Below are positions 12,501 through 24,986 of a stretch of 64,000 bases of DNA, one piece after another (positions within the stretch are counted from its first letter, which is position 1; the number at the start of each line of letters is the position of its first letter). The translations under genes were made by a program, and so were the position numbers. The notes under the pieces were generated by a model. The model worked only from the letters and a program-made list of their open reading frames with translations. It did not search any database and was not told where the DNA came from. Origin of the DNA: Iphione sp. A-MEVVRFRX5 (taxonomy: Eukaryota); the NCBI GenBank assembly GCA_976226885.1, contig OZ320320.1:48050001-48114000 (forward strand), in the 5' to 3' direction.

Positions 12501-14289
12501 GCATGGAATTCAGGAAAGCTCAGAATGGGACGGCGTCAGTTAGAGGGAAGTCTCCCTCCCAACCTCCACCCCAGCCGGCTGAGCCAGATTAATGGCCGGT
12601 CACAATGTGCCACGTTCTAGCCCTTCATGAAAGATCAAAGCATCTACGCTGGAGGGGGTTACTTCTCTAAAACGAGGGCTACCTAGGCCACCCAATGACC
12701 ATACTGATCTAGGATTTGCAATGTAGCACACTTGTGTCCGTTCGTTAGTCTGTGTGCGGGCAGGATGTAAGATGTCTGTACGTTACAAACGTGAATGACA
12801 TGAGGCTATTTCTATCTACTGTTCCTGCTACCGACTTCCGTGTGTTCGTATGTGTGGCTACAAACTGAGAAAGTGGAACCCGGTAGTCACCGTCATATTG
12901 CTCGATAGTTCTGCCATGCCATACATACAGTTAAACCTCGTGGGGGCAACCATCGTGGGGGCTGGAGGAATTTGGTCTATCCCGTGAGGTCACCCCTGGT
13001 GATGATACTTCCTCTCTCACCAAAGTTCCTTAGAAAAAGTGCTGAATCTGATGAGTAAGAGCCCCAAAAGTGCTGAATTCGACACCCTTCATTAGACAAA
13101 CAGTGAGAAGTTCCGCCTCTCCCAGGTGTCGGGCATGGGCTCATGCCTCTCAAGCTTGTTGAATGCCTTCAAAGAAGCAAGAAGTTGCACCTCCTCCAGG
13201 GCTTGGGAATGAGCTCACACCTCTCCTGGGTGTTAATAACCTTCAAAGAAATGAGAAGTCGTGCCTCTCCTTCAAAGAAGCAAGATTTGGTCACTTCCAT
13301 GAGTGAAAAGTGGTCGTTTGGTACCGTACTAAATATTGTGGTCTGTCCCAAGAGGTGATTGCCCCCAGCGGTTAGTCCCCCCTGTGAGTGTCCAACGTAT
13401 AGTAAATGTACCGAAAATGTCTTGTTCTGACCAAAATCAGTCTCCCCGAGAATCAGTTGCCCCAGGCGGATTGTTGCTAATCGAGTGCTGCTTGTAGAAA
13501 AGATTTGTTTTTAAAGGTAAGCTGTTACATGTGAATGAAGTAGACAAGGAAAGGGGTACTTACTCCAACACTCGGACAGGGGGCTTCTCACGCAGAGGCT
13601 TAAGGCGGTAAAGGAGAAACAATGGTCGAATAGATATATCTCTCACAAGGAAGTGTGTGTGTGTGACCATACATTCAGGTCAGTTAGTATTCAAAGATAA
13701 GTAAGGAAAAATTACTTTGTGGTGAATCATACATTAAAGATCCACGAAGAGTTTTGCTGGAATGATATCTAAGGAACATCATACTTTCTGCACTACCAAG
13801 ACTTACATTGGAATGCTTTTGTAGGCAGTCATACGTTAAAGGGCTACACATTGTAAAGAGTTGTACATTCCCGAACTACTAACACTTGGAATGTGTGAAT
13901 GACTAGTTACATATTACAGGTCTGAGTTGCATGTTACAGTCACTCCGTGGTGAGTTTTAGATAATAGACCTATAGTTGGTACTGAACATGTCCGAATGTT
14001 GCATAGTAGGCCACAAATTAAAGGAGTACTGAGTGCTATAAAGCAATTAACCTATTAATTTTGAAACTCAGTGTTTTACTGGAAAAGTAGAATGTTATAA
14101 AAGGAGGTCACGAAATACCTCTTCTTGTCCATGATAGACAAACTTGTCTTTTGTTGGATTGTCAACTGTCTTTCCCAACCATCCCGGTGCAGAAGCATTT
14201 GGCCTGCTGGTGGCGGTTTTGGTTGGTTTAGAAGGGCCAGATGCCCAGCCTCCCTGGACGCGGGCACGCCTCCGCTTATCAGCACTCAT
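3013..14289 (-). CDS. ALKBH3: Alpha-ketoglutarate-dependent dioxygenase AlkB homolog 3 (DNA/RNA demethylase), complete spliced CDS, 276 aa
   Basis: Exons 14119-14289, 13564-13598, 11365-11412, 9747-9939, 4709-4918, 3516-3614 and 3013-3087 total 831 nt. All introns are GT-AG with matching phases. The N-terminus MSADKRRRARVQGGWA matches ALKBH3. The Fe/2OG motifs WHADDEP, HRIP and PRINLTYR are present. Confidence 0.96.
3516..3614 (-). CDS. ALKBH3: ALKBH3 coding exon 6 (EESGDYTYMQHVRIPLPSASLCIMEGATQHDWQ)
   Basis: 99 nt, phase 0/0, ttatag|GAA...CAG|gtata; absent from the ORF track, found by manual translation. Confidence 0.95.
4709..4918 (-). CDS. ALKBH3: ALKBH3 coding exon 5 (WHPLLL...WHADDEP...RRKPPP)
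   Basis: 210 nt, cccacag|TGG...CCA|gtgagt; contains the HxD motif. Confidence 0.96.
5750..7760 (+). mobile_element. Decayed Rex1/Babar-like non-LTR retrotransposon (endonuclease plus RT), antisense in an ALKBH3 intron
   Basis: Translatable remnants IIMGNMRSIRNRID, ETWL, GRSDHNMIHIIPTYKQKL, CFELIDW, ILFIDFSSAFNT, VLSPILFILYTSDC and YADD; many stops and frameshifts. Confidence 0.85.
8396..8580 (+). mobile_element. Solo-LTR-like repeat, copy 1
   Basis: TGTAAC...GTTACA termini, internal AATAAA followed by gttcactcc; similar to 14458-14653; no TSD found. Confidence 0.45.
9527..9567. repeat. (TA)n microsatellite
   Basis: Run of ta dinucleotides. Confidence 0.95.
9747..9939 (-). CDS. ALKBH3: ALKBH3 coding exon 4 (IRLFYNLID...QPRMTAWFG...DANTK)
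   Basis: 193 nt, cttacag|A...AAG|gtgcgt, phase 2 in and 0 out. Confidence 0.95.
10263..10900 (-). mobile_element. 3' fragment of a CR1/L2-group LINE ORF2
   Basis: LYKMLVLPHIDYLDIIWS...LQRLQTR...ERINLHLL...WN; related to 56903-59010. Confidence 0.8.
10943..11253. mobile_element. MITE-like element (TIR GGAC..TTTCCATGTA), related to 37468-37830
   Basis: Inverted termini ggacaggtttccatgta and tacatggaaattcagtcc; catgg-rich interior. Confidence 0.6.
11365..11412 (-). CDS. ALKBH3: ALKBH3 coding exon 3 (EPGVYDLSQTASGVS)
   Basis: 48 nt, catgcag|T...AG|gtcagt, phase 2/2. Confidence 0.92.
12927..13480 (+). mobile_element. Non-autonomous Tc1/mariner-pogo-type element fragment, related to 38902-39478
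   Basis: Starts TA-CAGTTAAACCTCG; shares the aaaagtgctgaat.tgatgagtaagag subrepeat with 38.98-39.13 kb; right end not located. Confidence 0.5.
13564..13598 (-). CDS. ALKBH3: ALKBH3 coding exon 2 (PLREKPPVRVL)
   Basis: 35 nt, ccttaag|CCT...GA|gtaagt, phase 0 in and 2 out; closes the frame between its neighbours. Confidence 0.88.
14119..14289 (-). CDS. ALKBH3: ALKBH3 coding exon 1 (MSADKRRRARVQGGW...GQEE)
   Basis: ATG at 14289 lies 1 nt after a pyrimidine-tract acceptor (tatacag|C ATG), implying an upstream non-coding exon; donor GAG|gtattt. Confidence 0.93.
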
Positions 14290-14457
14290 GCTGTATACAG
14301 AGAGGAGGAATATTTGTTAGTATAAAAGACACTTTAAATAGATCACAATATGGCGAAAGCATGATGGGTTGGCAAAGGAAATTTATCAAAACTAATCACT
14401 GCAGGAAGTATACTTACTGATCATGGTTACATAGTTTAATTATGTATGCGAATACAT

Positions 14458-14653
14458 TGTAACAATAAGTAACATGTCTTAGTCTAGCGGAGCACTGGCA
14501 GCTACTAGATTTGAACAAATGATTTGAACAAAGTAAAGAATCTCGTTCACTCCAAATAGACAAAAATAGTTGTGCATGGGGGATCTCTCTCAGAAGTTCA
14601 GAGAAAGGGTCTTTATACAGATATGAACAGCACTACTGGCTGATGCCATTACA
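14458..14653 (+). mobile_element. Solo-LTR-like repeat, copy 2
   Basis: TGTAAC start; core tagatttgaaca...aaagaa.c..gttcactccaa...tgtgcatggg.gatct.tctca shared with 8396-8580. Confidence 0.45.
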
Positions 14654-15916
14654 TGTGTATACAACTGTATATGTATTATAAAAAGAAAAAAACAAAAAAA
14701 ACACCAAGTTTGGCGTGGGTACTCATAATTTTTCCGAGGTGTTAGTTCTTGGTCTATTGATTATATTTTTCATATTACTGCTTCAATCAGATCATGATGC
14801 AAAACAAGCTCATACGATATAACTGTGCATCTGAACGGAAATATTTCCCTCATACAGATGTTACTAACCACATTAGTGTACTGAGATGCCCTATTGATTG
14901 TTTGAAACCGAAATGTACGCACAATGTGGTCAACTTTTTTCGTTTCAAAATAGTTACAACAAGGCATCAGCGACAAATACTAATTTTCCACCAAAGTCCC
15001 TGTATTTTACTTTATGGTGTCTTATAAATAATAACGCACGATTAAAATTTCAAGGAAAAGTATGCACACCAAGGTGAACTCCTTTTTTCTTGTATATTTC
15101 ACTGAACAGTGGAAAGAGGCATCACATTGAACCACAGTCGAGTCGATTAACTGTGTCCCACTCCATTCTCTGAACAACGTCACTAACTTCTCAGTCACAA
15201 ATCAACGGTTGGAACGGTTGTCTTTAGTTAAGGACCTAAACAAGAAAGCCGGCTGAAAGACAGTGAGGAAGACCAGAGAGGATGTACATCAGTCGACCAC
15301 CTAGCTCTGGCTAGGTATAAGAAAGGCAGTACCGCCTGCAGTGAATGAGACCAGCACTCCAACACACAAGCCTCAACTGGAAAGTACCGCGGGAAGTCCA
15401 GCGCCAGTTACCCATGTAAACACACAAGTGCACCTTAGTGGGGTGGCTAGTCGGCCACCAAAGCATGAACCACGGCCAATCGGGGGACTGAGCCACTTAT
15501 AGATGGGGGAGTAAAAGCGTCATGCTCCAGCTGTTATACACCAAATAAATAATGGATGATGCCGGGCAATTTTGTGAGCGTGATAAAAAAAGGCAAATAT
15601 ATTTGTCCGCAGAAAAAGGATGCAAAGGGTGACAAAGCAAGTAAAACACTTTGAGAAAATCGAAAACCAGCAAATTAAGCCTGGGTTATGTCATTTTGAA
15701 CACTGTGTACTGCGAGGGTTAACAACAGCTGACCAAGGCAACAATTCTATGATTTTATATTTTGTTTTGCATCCAACTTCCTGGTAGCATCTGATAAAGT
15801 CATATTCAAACCATGTTTTCTCATAGAAATTCTACAAAAGCTCATATCATAACTTAACAGATCATTTAAAAAAACATCCATCTCAAATATATTTAATCCG
15901 TGAAAGTGCTACCTAG

Positions 15917-16153
15917 TGTTACATGTACTCCGTCGAAGCATTGGTGAAGGTGCACAAGTAAATCAGGTTTTAATGTTTATTCAATGAAGGTCAAAAAGTG
16001 ACTGACAACAATCACAACAACTCTGCTGTATTTATAAACCTTGGCCCCTGTTTTGTACTGTGGCAATGCTGGGGAACGCTGTCCTCCACAATGTAGCAAT
16101 ACCGTGGCAATACATCAATACAGTGGCAATACCAGGGAACACCGTCCCCAACA
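15917..16153 (-). mobile_element. Possible solo LTR
   Basis: TG...CA termini; TATAAA then AATAAA in order on the - strand; no TSD seen. Confidence 0.35.
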
Positions 16154-17899
16154 TAACTCTGTATTCACACTGGGCACTAAGCCCTCCTTTTACACGTTTG
16201 AAATATCATAATATTACACTAGAATAATACCCACTGGTCACACACCTCGAATAAACTTCATAACCTATGCTTGCATTTCAGTTCTCAATGGCAGATGTTA
16301 ACTGCCATGCCTGAATGTGAGGACTTTGGAAATTGCACTGCACTGTTGGTGAATTTATCACTGCTTGCACAATTTGCAAATGCTTGACTCTATTCTGAAT
16401 AAACCAGGAATTCAGGGAGGATGGCTTTGGTAGACAAGCACTGACAGCTTAAAGGGTGGGGCTTGTATAGAAAAGAAAGATATAGAACGTTGATAATAAT
16501 GAAGGTCAGTAGAAAAGAAACCTCGTGAAATGATATATATAGATTTACAAAGCTGAACTTGAACTGCTATTACTACTCAGCTTTACGACCAAGTCTTGGA
16601 GGAAAAGGAGTATTACAGGAAATATGATAACATGGAAAAACCGTACAATTTCAATTTGTCATTGGTTGAATAATTCTTGAATGCTTGACCCAGTAATCCT
16701 TAACAAATAACGGGGATCGACCAGCCTGATTCACGGAAGAGGCTTTCGATTGGGGCCTTACATACATTTGTATGAGTACTGTAGGTAGGGTAGAACACCC
16801 AAGAGGGGAGACCAGCTGCTCCTGCTAATGAATCACCAACCGAAGAGATATCGGCTCTAATCGATCCGATTCTTTAAAAAAACACTTAGTCCCTCTCCCT
16901 ATCATGTTTTTCGTTCTTGTGTGCTCGTCTAATATTTGTTCTGCTATCATATGTGGAGGATACGGGAAACTTCCTGCACCGTCTAGCAAACTGTTTAGGA
17001 CGCATCCTGGATGAAATTACCTTCTGCACACTTAACTAGAGTTTACTGTGCACAAACATCCCGAAAGACGGCATCACGAGGTATCACCTCTGTCATGCCA
17101 ACTGGTAAATCTATCATTTTACCACACCGATAGTAAGTGACGTAATAGAGTGATTTCCTGGGTGACAATGTCCCTACTGACATAAAACATTCGTCTTCTT
17201 CAGGTTCCAATTAGAGATAAACTTCAATGATGCATACTTTTCTTTCCGCCTCAAACAGGGGGTGTCAACTATGTTGGTGAAACATTATTGGGCTTTTTAT
17301 TTCAATGGGAAATGTTATTTGCCTGTGGAATTTAGGGCTAGACATTATGAAGCATTTACTAGTGAAGGTTATTAAAACGGCAATTCTTGGTAAAACGTTA
17401 TTTCCCTGTATTTTAAGCGCTACAGCAGATCGGAATTCTTGGTATGATCCCCTGACCCCCCTGTCCTCAATTTAAAATCATAGCACGCCTTTCATTAATC
17501 CTTCAAATGTATACAATAATACTAGTGCAAAGTCATACTCAGTAATAAAGAATACACTTGAAAATTACACAAGTGTCAGATGCACTCTGGGACACCACAG
17601 GAGGGACCAATGACTAATGAAAACGTCTGTTCATATGAATTGAAAATGGCATACACGCTCAGTGATGGAGCTCTGGGAAATAGATCCCAGGTGGAAGCGC
17701 AGTTGTACATTCGTCGTCGTACCTTTTCAACAGTTTATGAATTTGTTTCTGGAAATAAAACCGCAAACTTGGCTTCAAAGACGGGTTGGTTTTAATCTTG
17801 TACATGGAAGTAATACTACAGCGCGAGCTGTTGACGCTAACGGGTCAACAGGCTAATGGGCGCCATGTATTTGGACTACCTGGTATAAATGATTATGAG

Positions 17900-18440
17900 A
17901 TTTATTACTTCCACTTTCTTTGCTGGGTATACCAGCATTTCAGACTGTCAGAATAAAGTAACAGCAGGCTGGGCCATGTCTCGTTAGCTGAATCCGTGAA
18001 CATTTGGATAATGAGGTGTGACTATGCATAGAAAAGATCTTGCAAAAAAAATTATCGATATATTTTAATGCAGATGATCCAATAATAATCCCAAATTAGG
18101 GTCAACGAGAAAAAGAATAACCTTAAACTGAAATATTTGACGAGATCATGACTGAGTTTTGTTCAATCATCCTGGGGTGGTCAGTAAACTATGTAGATGG
18201 TCGAGGAAGTTTACATGACGCATACAGAAGCCAAGAACTTTAATATTAACTTGTAAGAACCGCAGTAAGAATGTGTGTAAGGGATACAAGCGCTGATGAA
18301 CTATACCAACATGTTGTTTATCTAAGTAGAATTGCAAGGAACGTTATGAACCTAGAAAAGCAAATTATTAGAAAATGCAGCAGAGGTAAAATACAATGGA
18401 AACAAAAAAGGAAAATGATGAGAAAGCGACATGCTTAAGG
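17900..18440 (+). pseudogene. Possible decayed Myb/SANT-like (Harbinger-type) ORF remnant
   Basis: Broken frames read KVTAGWAM, FDEIMTEFCSIILG and LYQHVVYL..NVMNLEKQII; weak resemblance only. Confidence 0.25.
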
Positions 18441-21381
18441 GAGAACCAATTATAAGCTCAATTTATACAAAGGCAAGTTAAACTATTGCCGTCGGCTCTT
18501 GTCCTGCTATGAGGAAGTAGTTCAATGTTTAACATGAAAAACGTCACTTCAGGGTCCTGGCTTAGCTACTTTGTTAATGTTTACCATATGAAATCGTTAG
18601 ATTATTATTATCACTGACAAATATGTATACATATCCACTGTGATTATACTTATACATATATATTTCCTGACTTCTATGAATCATATTTACTAGTTACTGA
18701 CAAGATACGAAAATACATACTGTGCAAATTTGCCCGTATAAACATAAATGATTGGAAAAGGTTCTCTATCAGTAGCCTAAATGATTGGTGCAAAAGTAAT
18801 CCTTTCCATTTGTCCAAACAAACCACAAGTAAACTCTCTAAAGTGGGTGCTTGATATAAATTGTTTTAGTTTGGTCAAGAAAATCACGCCAATGTAGACC
18901 TATAGCAATTGCGTTGCAGGAAAAGGAAGCCTCTGGTTGGAAGTTCCCACGGGTTTAGCTATGAAATGTCTTAGACATGGGTTGAAGGACATGAATCAGA
19001 AGATAGGAATTATCTTATAATAATGGTGTTAGTTGGTCTTAAATTTGGAAACTGTTATGTAATCATGTAGTATATGAGAGCTGATGTTTTCTTGAGTAAA
19101 CAGACATTCTCTCACTGCACTTGGAGAGATTTGCAGCCGGCAGAGTTTTGCACTTGGAGTAAATCAGACATTGTTGTGTGGACATTCTTTATTTCATTAA
19201 AAGCTTAAACCTAATACTTGCTTATCAGACGAAGATAACGTTACAATATGGTATATCACACTCTTAAACTTACAGCTGAAAAAAAATGTTATGAGAAAGT
19301 ACTGTGAAATTAGATGGTGGGTTTATGATGTCTGCACAACTTAGGAACTGGGACGAGGCCAATCTCAATGAGAAGAAGGAGGCTTATCCACCTGGCAAAC
19401 ATTGAGACCTTACAGTTAACCAAGGCTAATGAGCCCGTTTGGCCCACACTGCTGACGGCCCACAGATAACATGCCAGATATTTGTAAAAAGTGCAAGCCA
19501 TGCTGCACTTGGGATCAGTCGTGCTGGTGCAGGGCACTTCTCAGCTAACACAGAAAGCCCACAAAGACATTCACTTTAACCAATTCTGAACAACTTGTTT
19601 GATGCTCTCAATGTCCTTGGTAGCACCAATAATGAACTGGTGAAGGCCAGAAGGTCTGATATTCACTTTGCTCTGAAGGGCGAATACAAGTGCCTGGCAT
19701 CTGATTATCATCTGCCATCTTAACAAGTGGCTTTTTGGGGACAATTTAGAAGCATCCCTGAAGACTTTAGAAACAGTAAATAAACTGTCCAAGAAGGTTG
19801 AGTGGCAACCGCTGGAAAAGCCAGGAAAAGTGCGGTTCAGTAGAGGAGGCATGACCGAGACATGGCCGAGGATGCTCCCACCCTTATAGATCTTCCTGGT
19901 CTGATGGATGTACATACTAGCCATGAAGTAATTTGTCCACCCCATCCACATCATCTACAGAGAAGAGATAGGATTTGGGGGCAAGGAATCTGAAGAACTA
20001 GATTACAAGGAGTTCATTGCTGGTAGGTTACCTAATATGTTTCATGGTTTGGAAATGCCTTTCTTTGGACCCGGAAATTTTAACTATTGTTTGTGGCATT
20101 AATTTACAATTTCTCTGCCAGCCTCCACTTCGATGATTCTTTAAGCCTTTACAATTTCTGAATGTTGAATTCAAAAAAGTTAATTTTGCAGTGGAGGACC
20201 TACTCTAATGGGTAGTCATTGTTCCTGGTTCTTTGGCATACCAGTCCAGAATCTTTCCACATGGTAAACCAGATGGATGTCTGTATTATTTTGGATTTGT
20301 TGGAGTTAAACAAATTTATGCCTTTTGTTCATTTTAAGATGGATATGTTTCAGTCAGTCATGCAGACTCTCTATGAAAAATGTTGGATGGCTTTGGTGGA
20401 TCTTAGCAGTGCTTACCATATGGTAACTGTTCATTATAATTTTTAGAAGTACCTTGATTTTTCTTGGAATGGACAGCATTTTCACTATATTGTTATGCTT
20501 TTCAGGCTTACCTCTTCACCACAGATTTTCATGAAGTTGCTAAAATCACCTCTTGCTACATTACATGAACAGGGCAAGTTGTATTAGCCTACATTGATGA
20601 TCTAATAATTGTGGCTCCTTCACTTTCCAGACGTTCTGAATCAGTCTCTGCAGTCACTTACCTGTTTACTGAGCTGGATTTCAAGATTAATTGGAAGAAG
20701 TCTTCTCCTGTTCCTATGCAGCAACTGAAGTTCTTAGGATATTGCCTGAACTCAGCGGCGATGATAATTACTCCACCTCAATACAAAAATTGACAATGTT
20801 ACCCCTTGTATTGAAGAAGTACTCTAAGGAGATTCATTTTCCATCAGGCATATTGCTTTATTAATGGGAACCTTAGTGGACTTGAAAAAGTCAGCCTAGT
20901 ATGGTCTTGGCCATTATAAACTGCTGGAATGGGACAAGATCTTCACCTTGCTTCAGCATGGGAAGAACTTTGAAGCACCAGAACAGTTCTTCTTTGGTGG
21001 CTCAGGAATCTTTAAACCATTTTTTGGCCAATCAGAGTTCATTCACCAGCAGAGGTGTTATTCATAGATGCTTGTGACTTACGCTGGGGAGCAATTACAC
21101 AGTCAACTTCCACTGCACGAAAATGGCTCCCAGAAGAACATTTATGGCACATCAATGCTTTGGACTTGAAGGCTATTTTGTTAGGACTTAAGAAGTCATT
21201 TGCTTCTCAACAATGCTTTGAGGTCCTGATCCAATCTGATAACACCACAGCTGTGGTGGATGTCAAAAAACAATGTGGAACCAAGTCCGTACTCTGCAAT
21301 AACCTGGCTCAAAAGATTGGGCAGTTCACAGAAGAGCAACAGGCCTAGGGAGTCGCAGTGCATATCCCAGATGTGGAAAAT

Positions 21382-24300
21382 TAGTGGGTTACATGACCTT
21401 GACTATACCAGGATAAGGACACAGGTGTCTGAGATACAGTCCAGTGGCGCCACCACAGTCAGCCATCTTGGTAACTCACTATTCAAAGAAGTCAGGAACC
21501 CTGCAGCAATGGGATGAGAATGAAACCTATGAGGGTGAAGGAATCTAATAATGCCCACATGCTGGAGGAGAGGTGGGCAGTTAGACACCTATATCCTTAT
21601 CGTGGTACAAAGTCAAGGTCACATTTCACTGTAAGTTCATGGAACTCACTGACTTTAGTACCAGGACAGGACACAAGGTGTCTGCCTGAGATTTCAAAGC
21701 CTGAAGCCTCAGAGGTTGATGGAGCAGACTACTGCTGCCCATCATCCCGAATATTCTTTAGATAACAATTTGAAGGAATTGGCATGGCTCCACATGCCCC
21801 TCTTCTTGATTTCCAACAAAGGCATCCCTATCTTGGTAAGCTTCAAACACAAAGCCCACCGAGTGGCTTAGAAGCAGATTTGCCCTTTCTAGATTGGTCA
21901 AAGTCTTGGTGAAGACAACCTGTAAACAACCATTACTAATGTCATGAATATTTGACAACTGAATATTGCAGATGGTCTGCATCCTATTACTGGTGAGCCA
22001 TAAGAAGCAACACATTACATTTAAGAGTAAGCTTCTTCAAGGACAAGAAAGACAGAGGTTCCACACCTTAAGGAAATCGAGCACCTTGGACACATCTTCA
22101 CTATCCCCTGCTAGTGGTAAAATTACTGTTGCCATGCAAATCCAGCTCTCCCTTGGCCACTGCAACCACTGTGATAGCCACCCCTGCTCCTGCTCTTTCC
22201 CCTCCCCCCTCTCCAGGTGTTTTTTAAGGCCAAGAGGAAGACAGCATCTTCCTCTCAAACTGCCCCAAAAGGGCTGAATTCTCCTTGACCTGTTTCACTT
22301 TACCTAACACATCATTGCCAAACAAGAACCTGGGTGACCGAGGGCAGTCCTCAAACACCAGGTACTTGAAGGCGGGTGGCAAAGATGGCTTGACCTCCTC
22401 TTTTCTATTTTTGATGAGAGACTGGAAGGCTGACCCCCCCCAAAATGAGGGAGTCAACCAGTGCATTCTGAGCTGCTTTTGCCCAGGAATGTTCCTCGGT
22501 AATGGGGGCCACCTGCTCCAGCTCACTACCAGCTGCAATGAGAGCACCCATGATGTCTTGTCCAATTTTTTGGAGGGTATACCCTCTTGCCTGGTTTTCT
22601 TTGTCTTGTAAATTCGTGAAAAAGTACCTCATTTAACCTACACACATGAAGGTGCTCCACACCTTCAGGTCTGGAGTACTTCTTCTGTGTTTTCTCCAAG
22701 TAATCTGCCCTAAACAGATGGAGAACTTGGCGGAGCAATTAAAGACTGCTGGCTGGAGAGGTGGCCCCAGATCCGTCTGGGCATCCATCTGCTCAGTCAA
22801 GTTACATAAAGATTCTGAGCCAACAGGCTCCTCCTCCTCGTCATATTCCTCCTCCTCATAACCCTCCTCCTCCAGCACATGCCGTTGCTACAGCACCATC
22901 TCCAGCAGCTGCTGCTGCTGTTTCTGACGAGACTCCAGCATGGCCACCAAATGTGCCTGTGACGGTGCCTGCAGATGGGCAGTTATCGCCAATGTATCAA
23001 GCTGCTGTGGCACTGCCGCTCCCACAGACACAGCTGGCCCCACAGGTACAGCTGGCCTCTCAAGTCCAGCTGGTGCCACAGGCACAGGCTCAGGCCCTTG
23101 TGGCCTGACCACCGTCGATGCACTGCCAATAAGGAGGGGGACCACACGTGGGGCTGGAACAGGCCCCAACAGCTTCGTAAAGGTCTAGTAGACAGTAGCA
23201 GGGGGCAGAGGAGGAGGAGGCGTCGGCGCTGGCCCACACAACGACCCTACAGAGACACACAGCATGCATGTCTCACGCAGTCACTCTCAGACAGCGCATG
23301 TACACTGTGTACAGGCATCAGTGTCGGCACCTCCGGCGATCATGACACAACCACAGTCTTAATCGTTGCATTTGGGGTAGCTGCCAGCTGCCCCTGGACC
23401 AACCCCGTAGGAGGCAGGCCCACCCCCCATGCCGACACATACTGCAATAGGTCAACATGACGGCACTGCTGCTGTTGCATCCCTAAGGAGGCCAGAAGCC
23501 CCTCCCGTGGGGCCACATCCATATCATCACTGACTGAATGTTAAGTGCTGTGTGGCTGACCACAACCCAGTCTGAGATGAAGGAAGGCCTGAGGGCCCCC
23601 TGTCAAACACAAGGAGGAAGCCGGCCCTAGGGCTGACCCACCAACACTAAACTGCATTGACAGATCAAAGCCAAACCACAGCTGACAGGGAAGGCCGTGC
23701 CTCGACCATGGTGCCCTTTGACCCTTCAACAGTGAGAGTACCAGCACCCAACACAGCAGAAGGAGGTTGCTCCTCGACCCCTGTGCCCTTTGACCTTGTG
23801 ATACACGGGTTGGTGCCAGCAGCAGTGCTCACCAAGGCAATAGCTAAGTACCCTGGTAGCAAGGTCAACACCTTGAGCGAATTGAAGCAATTGGTCCGAG
23901 GCGCCCATGGGCTGAGAGGTCAAGAGTTCGCTTGGCACATTAGAGGGAGGGATGCCCTCAACCTCAACAGCAACCTGTGACCTCAAAGGAGTACCAGCGA
24001 CCACACCGGTGCCCTCCAGACCTCGATCATGGCCCCTCTCAGCGATTTCCATGCCAACAGTGCCCATATCGAGTCTAGACCTCTTAGAGGGGTGCCCTGC
24101 AGAAGAAGACGCCTGTTGGCATGATGGTGGTGCTGCTTGGGTGCCACGATATCATTGACAGTGCCCATAATGGCTAATGCCAAGTCCATGTTAGAAACCC
24201 CAAAACTTACTTGAAATTGAAGATCTGGTTAAAAAATTGGTCAATAAATGGTTAATACTCCCTAGATTGACCACAGAACAGAACAGAATAGGAAAAACAG

Positions 24301-24445
24301 AATAGATTAGAACAGAGAACCCTCCAGATGGGTCTGAACAAGGTGACTGCTAGACAGAAAGGGGGTCACCAAGATGGCTGACTGTGCTGGCGCCACTGGA
24401 CTGTATCTCAGGTAGACACCTTGTGTCCTGTCCTGGTACTAAAGT
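21382..24445 (-). mobile_element. Non-autonomous DIRS1-like element (ITR - gag - YR C-terminus - ICR - ITR+extension), inserted antisense in the outer DIRS RNase H domain
   Basis: Inverted repeats 24365-24445 and about 21400-21475; ICR at 21621-21695; gag remnants (KYSRP..EHLHV..LN, FLFGNDV); YR tail SHSV..., GMPLLEIKKRGMWSHANSF; no RT seen. Confidence 0.85.
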
Positions 24446-24986
24446 ACTGAAGCAGATTATTTTTCAAGAAACTGCAACAAAGACACAGAATGATAATACA
24501 CCCTTCACTATTCATGACCATTGTCAGGAAATGTCCTGATATTGATCTATTTGCTTGGAGAGCCACATCCCAGATTGAAATGTATGCCAGCTGGAGACTG
24601 GATTGCTGATGTAGTTTCCTGTGATTGGAGACAACTTAGGCCAAAAAGATAGGTGTGTTTCTGGTTATAACCAGCCCAAAACCTAGATAGGGAGACAAGG
24701 AATCTTTTTTTCATTTTTTTAAAATATTCCGTCCTCCTGTCTTCAACAATAATACCCCATGCAGGGCTGGACTACGTATGAGAGAATGTCCCTACAGGGT
24801 TAGGCTACATAGCTAAACACTCTCCCAGAGGTTGAGGGGTGTTTTTAAAGGAATGCCTTTGCAATTCTTGTACGTAAAAGACATACAAATGACAATGATT
24901 TCTTAATACTAATAAAGGAAAGTTAACTTGCTGTAATTGCTTCACATGTGCCCTTTATGGGAAAAGATACAAAAATTCAAGAAATG

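Noticed and set aside
12411-12620. CHAWNSGK resembling a DIRS/Ngaro gag zinc-finger start
   Set aside because: The remaining Cys/His ligands and any adjacent RT signal could not be traced.
18800-19330. Left ITR of the outer DIRS
   Set aside because: No reverse-complement match to the 30.47-30.54 kb end was found by eye, so the 5' boundary is left approximate.
22600-24200. Dense overlapping GC-rich ORFs as a novel host gene
   Set aside because: They lie between the ITRs of the inner DIRS element and join across frameshifts into a gag-like ORF; no consistent splice pattern.
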